A stretch of DNA of 64,000 nt from an uncultured delta proteobacterium (GTDB lineage: Bacteria; Myxococcota; Myxococcia; Myxococcales; Myxococcaceae). Positions 11,532 through 20,347 of this stretch are shown here, piece after piece. The stretch lies in the NCBI GenBank assembly GCA_963771175.1, contig CAVYSY010000011.1, positions 32,001 to 96,000 on the forward strand. The letters run 5' to 3'. Each line of letters begins with the position of its first letter. Position 1 is the stretch's first letter. Made by a program: the position numbers and the translations under genes. Below the pieces are notes generated by a model. It had not been told where the DNA came from. It worked only from the letters and a program-made list of their open reading frames with translations, and made no database searches.

Positions 11532-11560
11532 TTGACACACTCGCATGTCGTCTCTACCAT
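11532..11560 (+). promoter_or_regulatory. Sigma70-type promoter of the histone-like gene
   Basis: TTGACA (11532-37), 17 bp, TACCAT (11555-60), about 80 bp before ATG 11641. Confidence 0.7.
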
Positions 11561-11640
11561 TGATGTCAAGCACTCCTCATGAGGGTGCAGGCCCCACTCT
11601 CGATGAGTGGTGGTGAAGTTGAACCAAACGGAGGGTTTAG

Positions 11641-11853
11641 ATGGCCGCCAAGAAGACGATCGCGAAGAAGGCCGCGGGTAAGAAGACCGCCGCGAAGAAG
11701 ACGACCCGCAAGACCGCTGCCCCGAAGACCGCCAAGAAGGCTCCGGCGAAGAAGGCCGCTGGCAAGGCCGCTGGCAAGAAGACCGCCGCGAAGAAGACCA
11801 CCCGCCGCAAGACCGCGTCGAAGGCCCCCTCGGCCGCCCCCACCGAGGGCTAG
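11641..11853 (+). CDS. Lys/Ala-rich histone-H1-like nucleoid protein (70 aa)
   Basis: GGAGG RBS; MAAKKTIAKKAAGKKTAAKK...; own promoter and terminator. Confidence 0.8.
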   Translation: MAAKKTIAKKAAGKKTAAKKTTRKTAAPKTAKKAPAKKAAGKAAGKKTAAKKTTRRKTASKAPSAAPTEG

Positions 11854-11883
11854 ACGTAGGGCAGCAAATTCGAGCAGTTTGGA

Positions 11884-11920
11884 CGGCTCGGCGGACTCTC
11901 CGCCGGGCCGTTTTCTTTTT
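11884..11920 (+). terminator. Intrinsic terminator
   Basis: CGGCTCGGCGGA-ctc-TCCGCCGGGCCG stem followed by TTTTCTTTTT. Confidence 0.8.
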
Positions 11921-11934
11921 CCAGGAGGACAGGG

Positions 11935-13396
11935 ATGTCGCTGCGTCCCTCGGAGTTGGAGCAGGTGGTGCCGGAGGTGGCCGCGCGGCTGGCGGGCGCG
12001 GTGGTGCAGAAGGCGTGGTGCCCGCTGCCGCGCCTGGCCTACCTGGAGCTGCGCGTGCCCGGTCGCTCCTTCCTCCTGTGCGTGTGCGCGGAGGGCGAGC
12101 TCGCCCGTGTCTCCGTGGCCGCTGATCGCTTCCCCACGCCCGGAGAGCCGGCGCCCTTCCAGCGGTGGCTGCGGCAGGAGCTGGTGGGCCTCAAGCTGAC
12201 CGGGGCCTCGTGGGCGGAGGAGGAGCGGGTGGTGACGCTGGACTTCCAGAGCGAGGACTCGCGGCGCCGGCTGGTGCTGGAGCTGGGCTCGCCGGGAGGG
12301 CTCGTGCTGCTGACGGAGGCGGGCCGGGTGCTGATGCTCTCCGGCGAGGGCCTGGCGCAGCGGCGTGCCCTGCACCCGGGCGGGCAGTGGGTGAAGCCCG
12401 AGCCGCTGTCCGCCGAGGTGCTCGCCCGGCACCCGGGCCTTGCCCTCTCGCCTGGAGCCCGTGCCCGGCGCTTTCGCTCCCTATGCGGAGGCGGCCGAGG
12501 GGGTGCTCGGGCCGAAGGACAAGGCGAGCCGCGCGGAGGCCATCCGCCGGAGGCTGGCGCTGCCGTACCGTGCCCGGCTCAAGCGCTCGGGGCGAACGCT
12601 GGAGAAGGTGCGCGCGGAGGCGGCGCGGGGCCCGGATGCCGAGCGCCACCGGCAGTTGGGCGAGCTGCTGAGCCAGAACCTCTACCGCCTGAAGCGGGGC
12701 AGCACCGAGGTGACGCTCACCGCGTACACCGAGTCGGGCATGGAGGAGGTGCAGGTGAAGCTGGACCCGAAGCGCACGCCGAAGGAGGAGGCGGACTGGC
12801 ACTTCCACCAGTACCGGCGGCTGCTGCGGGGCGTGGAGCACGCGCGGCAGCGCGAGGCGGAGCTGGCGCGCGAGGTGGGGCACGCGGAGGCGGCGCTCAA
12901 GCAGCTCGAGGCCCTGGACGAGACGGCGCTGCTGGCCCAGGCCGAGGTGCTGATGCAGGCGGCGGGCGAGGAAGGCCCACCCGAGGCCCGGCCCTTCAAG
13001 GAGTACGTGGGGCACGGGGGCCATCGCATCTGGGTGGGGAAGGGCGGCGAGGACAACGACACGCTCACCTTCAAGGTGGCGCGTCCCTACCACCTGTGGC
13101 TGCACGCGCGGGGGCTGCCGGGCAGCCATGTGGTGGTTCCCCTGGAGAAGAGCGCGGAGGTGTCGCAGGAGGTGCTATTGGACGCGGCGCACCTGGCGCT
13201 GCACCACTCGGGCGCCAAGGGCGAGCCGCGAGGCGAGGTGAGCTGGGTGCCGGTGAAGTTCGTGAAGAAGGTGAAGGGTGGGGCGCCCGGACAGGTGCTC
13301 TACACCCGGGAGAAGACGCTGGTGGTGCGGATGGAGCCGGAGCGGTTGGAGCGGTTGCTGAAGACGCGCGGAGGCGAGGCGCCGCCCGTCCCATGA
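11935..13396 (+). CDS. NFACT-family (RqcH/FbpA-like) protein; frameshift near 12430
   Basis: NFACT-N-like start, coiled coil, C-terminal IWVGKGGEDNDTLT...LWLHARGLPGSHVVV. Confidence 0.85.
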
Positions 13397-13956
13397 GCGT
13401 GAAGCCCCCGACAGGTTCGGTGTGTGCCCGCTGCCCGGTGGCGCTGGGCGTCTCGTGCTGCGAGCCGAAGGAGGACGAGCAGCTGGCCACCCTCACGCGC
13501 GCGGACGTGGAGCGCATCACCGCGCACACGCGGCTCGCCGCCCGGCGCTTCATCGTCGAGGAGGGTCTCTCGGAGATGGAGGCGGCGGACTACGAGGCCC
13601 GCCGTCCGCTCTATCGGGGCTACTTCCGCCGGGGGCCGGTGCGCCTCACGCTGGCCATGCGCGCGGGGGCTTGTGTCTTCCATGAGCGGGGCAGGGGGTG
13701 TGGCCTGCCCGCGGACGTCCGGCCGGTGGCCTGCCGGCTGTACCCCTTCGAGCGCTGGCCTGACGGGAGCTGGAGTGTGCTGATGGGGCGCTACGGTGAT
13801 CTGGCCGAGGCGCGAGCGGGCGGAGATGCGTGCCTCGCGGTGGAGGAGGCCGAGGGCATGGAGGACGTGCTGGCGGCCTTTGGCACCTCGCACGAGGTGG
13901 TGGAGGCGTTGGGCGAGCAGCTCGCCGAGGAAGCGCGGGCCCACGGGCGGGGTTGA
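13393..13956 (+). CDS. YkgJ-family cysteine-cluster protein
   Basis: CARC..SCC, CVFH...GC...RPVACRLYPF; ATGA overlap with upstream gene. Confidence 0.8.
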   Translation: MSVKPPTGSVCARCPVALGVSCCEPKEDEQLATLTRADVERITAHTRLAARRFIVEEGLSEMEAADYEARRPLYRGYFRRGPVRLTLAMRAGACVFHERGRGCGLPADVRPVACRLYPFERWPDGSWSVLMGRYGDLAEARAGGDACLAVEEAEGMEDVLAAFGTSHEVVEALGEQLAEEARAHGRG

Positions 13957-14031
13957 CGGGCTGACGGTGGGCGAGCAGGCGGGTTCCGCTGGCCTTGAGT
14001 CCCCGGTGCCGACGGGTACGATGCCGGCCGC

Positions 14032-14922
14032 GTGCCGTCCTTTCCGCCCCAACACCAGTTCCATCTGTTCCCGCGCGCTCCCGCGCGCGAGACGCCCGAG
14101 TCGCTGCCCGCGCGCAACCGTGCGGCGGAGTCCTCCAACCGTCTGGCCACCGTGCTCCGCGAGGAGGAGGTGCCGCTCGCGGACAACTTCCACCTCGAGG
14201 CCTCGCGCGACACGGAGCCGCACCTGTCGGTGGCCACCCGGGAGGAGCTGTGGGCCCGCGCCGAGGCGCTCGCCTTCCGGCTGTCGGCGGACCTGCGCCT
14301 GCCGGTACGGCTGGCGGTGACGGACAACCGCTCCACCATGGTGTCCTTCCGGCGCAGCGCCAACGTGCTGCAGCTGCGCTTGCACCACATGTTCCTCGAC
14401 GCGCCGGAGCAGGTGGTGCGCGCGGTGGCGGACTACGCGGGCCGTGGCAACCGCGTGGCGGGCGGATTGCTGGACGACTACATCCGGGGCCAGCAGCCGC
14501 GCATCCGCCAGGAGCGTCACGCGGCCGAGGCGGACCTCGAGCCGCGGGGCCGCTACTTCGACCTGCAGGCCCTCTTCGATGCGCTCAACCGCACCTATTT
14601 CCAGGGAGGCATCCAGGCGCGCATCGGCTGGGGCCGCATGCCTCCCCGGCGGCGGCGCAAGTCCATCCGCCTGGGCGTGTACGACCACCAGACGCGGGAG
14701 ATCCGCATCCACCCCGCGTTGGATCGCCTGGAAGTTCCGACCTACTTCGTGGAGTTCATCGTCTTCCATGAGATGCTCCACCAACTCTTCCCCAGCTCGA
14801 ACGGCAACGGCCGCCGGGTGCACCACCCGAGGGCTTTCCGAGACCGGGAGAAGGCCTTCCCGCTCTACGCCGCCGCACTGCGTTGGGAGCGAGAGAACCT
14901 GAACCTGCTGCTGCGGGGCTGA
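14032..14922 (+). CDS. SprT-like zinc metalloprotease domain protein
   Basis: LFDALNRTYF, IRIHPALD, HEMLH...HPRAF; start uncertain. Confidence 0.75.
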   Translation: MPSFPPQHQFHLFPRAPARETPESLPARNRAAESSNRLATVLREEEVPLADNFHLEASRDTEPHLSVATREELWARAEALAFRLSADLRLPVRLAVTDNRSTMVSFRRSANVLQLRLHHMFLDAPEQVVRAVADYAGRGNRVAGGLLDDYIRGQQPRIRQERHAAEADLEPRGRYFDLQALFDALNRTYFQGGIQARIGWGRMPPRRRRKSIRLGVYDHQTREIRIHPALDRLEVPTYFVEFIVFHEMLHQLFPSSNGNGRRVHHPRAFRDREKAFPLYAAALRWERENLNLLLRG

Positions 14923-15023
14923 GACCGCTTCTCCGCCTGCTGCTTTACCAATTTACCGATCGACGGCCCCGTGCGGAGGTTGCTTGACCCTTCGCGTGCC
15001 TCGACCCAATCCTCTTTTGCCCT

Positions 15024-16455
15024 ATGCGACGCGCGAAGATTGTCTGCACCCTTGGTCCGGCCTGCCAGAGCCAGGAAATGCTGGAGGCCCTTCTGGAGGC
15101 CGGGATGGACGTGGCCCGGCTCAACTTCTCCCACGGTAGCCACGAGCAGCACGCCGAGAACATCGCCAAGCTCCGAGCGGCCTCGCTGAAGGTCCGCAAG
15201 GCGGTGGGTATCCTGGGGGATCTCCAGGGCCCGAAGATCCGCACCGGCCGCTTCATCACCGGCAGCACCGATCTGAAGGAAGGCGGCGAGTTCCTCATCA
15301 CCACGGACGAGAGCGTGAAGGGCACGGATGAGATCGTGTCCACCACGTACCCTCACCTGGCGGCGGACGTGAACCCGGGGGACCGCATCCTGCTGGATGA
15401 CGGCCTGCTGGAGCTGCGGGTCCTCGAGACGGACAAGAAGCAGCTCATCCGGACGAAGGTCATCCACGGCGGCATCCTGAAGAACAACAAGGGCATCAAC
15501 CTGCCGGGCGTGGCGGTGCGAGCCGACGCGCTGACGCCGAAGGACAAGGAGGACCTGATCTTCGGCATCAAGGCGGGGGTGGACTACCTCGCCCTGTCCT
15601 TCGTGCGCCAGCCGGCGGACATCGACATGGCGCGCGCGGCGATGGCGGACGTGGGCCGCACGGTGCCCATCATCGCCAAGCTGGAGAAGCCGGAGGCGAT
15701 CGCCCGGCTGGACGCCATCCTGGACAAGACGGACGGCGTGATGGTGGCGCGCGGGGACCTCGGCGTGGAGATTCCGCCCGAGGAGGTGCCCTCGGTGCAG
15801 AAGGACATCGTGCGGCGCTGCAACATGCGCGGCCTGCCGGTCATCGTGGCCACGCAGATGCTCAACTCGATGATCGACAACCCGCGGCCCACGCGCGCCG
15901 AGGCCAGCGACGTGGCCAACGCCGTCTTCGACGGCGCGGACGCGGTGATGCTGTCGGGCGAGACGGCCAGCGGCAAGTTCCCCGTCGAGTCGGTGCAGAT
16001 GATGGAGCGCATCGTGCTGGCGGCCGAGTCCACCATCCGGGCGCAGGGGCTGCTGGCGCCGTCGCAGTCGCCGGTGGGGCTGCCCTCGCACTTCCCGGAC
16101 GTGATTGCCGCGAGCGCGTGCTACGCGGCGAAGCAGGCGGGGGCGCAGCTCATCGCCGCCTTCACGCAGTCGGGCGTGACGGCGCGGCTGCTGGCGCACT
16201 ACCGGCCGCCGATGCCCATCGTGGCCTTCAGCCCCAACCAGGAAGTGCGCCGCCGGCTGTCGCTGCTGTGGGGCGTGGTGCCGCGGGTGCTCGAGCCCAT
16301 CCAGGAGACGGAGGCGATGGTGCGCCGCGTGGAGGAGGAGCTGCTGGCGCGGGGTCTGGCGCAAAAGGGTGACCGCGTGGTCATCGTGTACGGCGCGCCG
16401 GTGGGCCAGCCGGGCAAGATCGAACAGCCTGCGGCTGCACACCATCGGGGGCTGA
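15024..16455 (+). CDS. pyk: Pyruvate kinase (apparent frameshift near 16420; natural stop probably 16455)
   Basis: KIVCTLGP, ARLNFSHG, DLQGPKIRTG, MVARGDLGVE, MLSGETASG; shifted frame gives NSLRLHTIGG-stop. Confidence 0.95.
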
Positions 16456-16493
16456 GCCCGCCGAGGGCCTCGGGGTGAGGCCCTCGCTCCCGC

Positions 16494-18039
16494 CTATCCG
16501 CGGGAGTCCTGCAGGGCCCGCCTGGGAATCTCGGCCTCGACGAAGATGCGGTACAGCTCCAGGTCGAGCTGGCCGCTCTGCGCCTCCTTCTTGAGGATGT
16601 CGAGCGCGAGCTGGTGGGGCACGGCCTTCTTGTAGGGCCGGTCGCTGGCGGTGAGCGCGTCGTAGATGTCCGCGATGGACATCATCCGCGACTGCACGGG
16701 GATGGTGGTGTCGGGGATGGCGCGCGGGTAGCCGGTGCCGTCGAGCTTCTCGTGGTGCGCGTAGGCGATCTCCGGCACGCGCCGCAGGGCGCGCGTCCAG
16801 GGAATCTGCGAGAGGAAGCGGTAGGTGTGCTCGACGTGGCTCTCGATCTCCCGGCGCTCCTCGGCGGAGAGCGTGCCCTTGGCGATGGAGAGCGACTGGA
16901 TCTCCAGGTCGAGCAGCAGCGGCTGCTCCTGGCCGAAGGCGTCCTGGAAGCGCAGGTGCCGCAGCTCGTGCAGGCGCTCGAAGCCGCCCTGCGCGAGCAC
17001 CGTGGGCCGGTTGCAGGTGAGGACGAACTCGAGCACCTCGTCGAGCTGCTTGAGCTCCTCGGCGAGCCGCTCGTCCTCCTCGGCGTCGATCTCCGCCAGG
17101 GCGTGCGTGCCGCGCAGCTTCGCGGCGGCGAGCCGGCGGCGGTAGCTCTGGAGCTGCAGGTCCTTGCGCGCGAGCTGGAAGCGGGAGCGCAGCCCCTCGA
17201 GCTCGTGGGGGTAGAGCTTCTCGGCCTTGACGAGCACCGGCTCGCGCACGCCCACCTTGCCGAAGTCGTGCAGCAGCGAGGCGTAGCGCAGCTCCTGCAG
17301 CTCGGCGGCGCTGAAGCGCGTGTGGGCGTAGGGGCCGGCGTGCACGTGCTCGAGCGCCCGGGCCAGGGCCACGGTGAGGTCGGCCACGCGGCCCGAGTGG
17401 CCGGCGGTGGTGGGGTCTCGCGACTCGATGGCCACCACCGAGGCGGAGACGAAGCCCTCGAAGAGGCGGTTGATCTCCTCGTGGAGGAGGGCGTTCTCGA
17501 TGGCGCCGGCGGCCTGGGCGCCCAGGGCGAGCAGCAGCTCCTCGTCCTCGGCGTCGAAGGGGCTGCCGCTGAGCTTGTTGAGCGCCTGGATGACGCCGGT
17601 GACCTCGCCGTTGGCGTCGCGCATGGGCACGCAGAGGATGCTCTGGGTGCGGTAGCCGCTGAGGGTGTCGAAGGAGCGGTTGAAGCGCTCGTCGGCGTAG
17701 GCGTCCGGGATGTTGATGACCTGCGCCGGTCTGGGCCACCTGGCCGGCGATGCCGCTGCCCACCGGGAGGCGGATCTCGCTCTTGGAGCCCTGGGCCACC
17801 TTGCTCCACAGCTCGTTGCGCTCGCGGTCCAGGATGAAGAGCGAGCAGCGGTCCGCCTCCACCACCTTGGTGGCCTCATAGAGGATGAGCGGGAGCAGCA
17901 GGTCCAGGTCGCGCTCGGCGCTCATGGCCTTGGCGACGTCCAGGATGGACGTGAGCTTCTGCAGGCGCCGGGTGAGGTCGGGGGTTCGGGCGGCGGGCTG
18001 GGGAAGCACCGGGGATGGCTCCGAGATGGGACGGCGCAC
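16494..18039 (-). CDS. GAF domain HD-GYP cyclic dinucleotide phosphodiesterase; frameshift near 17725
   Basis: GAF ([27 protein letters not shown]); [29 protein letters not shown]. Confidence 0.9.
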
Positions 18040-18140
18040 GGCCAGGGAGGTCTCTTCTTAGCACGGGACCTGGAGGGCCCGCCCCCCCGTCCCCTGCAGC
18101 GTGGGTACGCACCGGCGGGCGGAAGCGGCTAGAAGCCGCC

Positions 18141-18793
18141 ATGAGCCGCGTCCTCATCTCCCCCTCGCTCCTGTCCTCCGATTTCGGCCGCCTCGCCGAG
18201 GAGGTGCGCGCCGTGGAGGCCGCCGGCGCGGACTGGATCCACGTGGACGTGATGGACGGGCGCTTCGTCCCCAACATCACCCTCGGGCCGGTGGTGGTGG
18301 AGGCCATCAAGCGGACGGCCACCCGGCCGCTCGACGTCCACCTGATGATCGTCGAGCCCGAGAAGTACATCGAGGCCTTCGCCAAGGCGGGGGCGGACGT
18401 GCTCACGGTGCACGCGGAGGCCTGCCCGCACCTGCACCGGATGCTGCAGCAGATCCGCCAGGCGGGCGCGAAGCCCGCGGTGGTGCTCAACCCGTCCACG
18501 CCGCTGTCGGCGGTGGAGGAGGTGCTGGGCGACGTGGACATGGTGCTGCTGATGAGCGTGAACCCGGGCTTCGGCGGGCAGAGCTTCATCGAGCGCACGG
18601 TGGACAAGGTGCGCCGGCTGCGCGCGCATGCTGGACGCGCGCGGGCTGTAGCACGCACATCGAGGTGGACGGCGGCATCAACGCGGAGACGGCCAAGCGG
18701 GTGGTGGAGGCCGGGGCCGACGTGCTGGTGGCGGGCTCCTACGTGTTCGGCGCGAAGGACTACGCCGCGGCCATCCGCTCGCTGCGGCCTTGA
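18141..18793 (+). CDS. rpe: Ribulose-phosphate 3-epimerase (frameshift near 18630)
   Basis: [46 protein letters not shown]. Confidence 0.95.
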
Positions 18794-19186
18794 GGGGCAC
18801 TCAGGCTGGGGCTCACCTCCTTCACCCCGGCCAGCCGGGCCACCCGGGTCATGAAGGTGTGGTCGAACGGCTTCACCTCGTAGGCATCGGCGCCGAGCTC
18901 GAAGCACACGTGGCGGGTGAACTGGTCCTCCACGCCGGTGAGGATGATGACCTTGCACGTCGCGCGTGTCCGGGTCCTGCTTGAGCTGGGCGAGCAGGTC
19001 GCGGCCGTCCTGGTGCTGGTGGATGTCCAGGATGATGACGGCTGGCCGGTGCTTGCGCGCCAGCTCCAGCACGTGCTCGGAGGTGGTGTCCGAGACGGAG
19101 GCGAGGCCGGAACGACGGGCCTCGCGAACCAGCGCGGATACGACGAGGGGTTCGTCGTCGGCGATGAGGACGACCGGAGAAGGCAT
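18760..19186 (-). CDS. Single-domain response regulator (frameshift near 18960)
   Basis: [30 protein letters not shown]. Confidence 0.85.
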
Positions 19187-19356
19187 GGGACCCCGTGGTG
19201 GCTCGTTGTTGGTGGGCAGCCAGAGCAAGCAGCGTTCCTGATGGTTCCCTTCGCGAAATGCGAGGTTACGCGGGGGAGGGCTGGGTGGCTAGGGCCCCAT
19301 GGGGTGATGGGCAACCCTCTGGAAAACTCCAGGGATGAAAAGATGATCCAGGGCCG

Positions 19357-19385
19357 TTGACTCGGCCGGGCGGCTCGGATACATG
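19357..19385 (+). promoter_or_regulatory. Putative sigma70 promoter of tRNA-Pro
   Basis: TTGACT, 17 bp, TACATG about 50 bp upstream of the tRNA. Confidence 0.5.
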
Positions 19386-19434
19386 ACGCCCACTTTCGAC
19401 GGCCCGAGAGCAGTTCCGGCGAAGGTATCGGTAA

Positions 19435-19511
19435 CGGGGAGTGGCTCAGCCTGGTAGAGCACTTGGTTCGGGACCAAGGGGTCGCAGGTTCAAATCCTGT
19501 CTCCCCGACCA
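19435..19511 (+). tRNA. tRNA-Pro (anticodon CGG)
   Basis: CGGGGAGTGGCTCAGCCTGGTAGAGC...CTTGG-TTCGGGA-CCAAG...GGTTCAAATCC...CTCCCCGACCA; cloverleaf with encoded CCA. Confidence 0.97.
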
Positions 19512-19515
19512 TTAA

Positions 19516-19556
19516 GACGGGCCGGAGATCTTCGCATTTCCGGCCCGTTTGCTTTT
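19516..19556 (+). terminator. Terminator after tRNA-Pro
   Basis: ACGGGCCGGA...TCCGGCCCGT stem followed by TTGCTTTT. Confidence 0.7.
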
Positions 19557-19586
19557 CCGGAGCCATGACCCCGCGCTCTGCGGGGC

Positions 19587-20204
19587 TCAGTTCCAGGAGA
19601 AGTCGCACTCGCTCTCGAGCGGGCCCGTCTGGCGGCCCCACACCCGCACCTCGCGCGCGCCTCCCGCTTCGAGGAGCGTCGCTACCACGCCCGCGTGGAC
19701 GGGATGGGGCATGAACTCACGCTTCATGATGAGGCGGCCGCTCTGGGGTCCCGTCCACACGAGGGTGTGCTCGCCGTAGCTCATCGACACCCGGTAGGCC
19801 GAGGGGAGGCTGGCCAGCAGCCGCTTCGGGTCGCTCCCCGCCAGCCGCAGCATCATCTTCCCCGCCGTGGACTCCATGAAGTCCTGGGCCGAGCGCCGCC
19901 CGAGCTGCCGGAGTGCCGCCTCGGGGGCCCCATACCGCTTCTTCAGCGTCTCCATCGCCGCGGAGATGATCCGCATCTGCAGGGTGATGGGGTAGCTGAA
20001 GGTGGCCACGAAGCGGTCCTGCCCGCAGGCCTCGAGGCAGCGCTTCACCAGCTCCTCGCCTCCGAGTGTCCGCACGGCGTCCAGCACGCCGTTGATGAAC
20101 AGCCCGCGCGCGGTGTCACCCGGCGAGGCCAGATTCTGCCGGTGCTGCCAGTCCTGGTTCCAGTCGTACGACCCCTCGTACGAGACGGCGGCAACACTGT
20201 TCAT
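19587..20204 (-). CDS. DUF2378 / TIGR02265-type myxobacterial paralogous family protein
   Basis: DTARGLFINGVL, FSYP, LRQLGR...DFMES, SYGE, C-terminal DFSW. Confidence 0.8.
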   Translation of the reverse strand: MNSVAAVSYEGSYDWNQDWQHRQNLASPGDTARGLFINGVLDAVRTLGGEELVKRCLEACGQDRFVATFSYPITLQMRIISAAMETLKKRYGAPEAALRQLGRRSAQDFMESTAGKMMLRLAGSDPKRLLASLPSAYRVSMSYGEHTLVWTGPQSGRLIMKREFMPHPVHAGVVATLLEAGGAREVRVWGRQTGPLESECDFSWN

Positions 20205-20347
20205 GACTCCCCCCACGTGGATGGTGCTGGAACCCAGCGTGCCTCCAGCGACGTGCTGGCGCTGTGAACCGCTTCACTCCCGGGGGATGAGGGCCTTCAC
20301 ATCCCCCCTGTCGCCAGGAGGGATGTGTGCAGCCCGACTTCAACATT

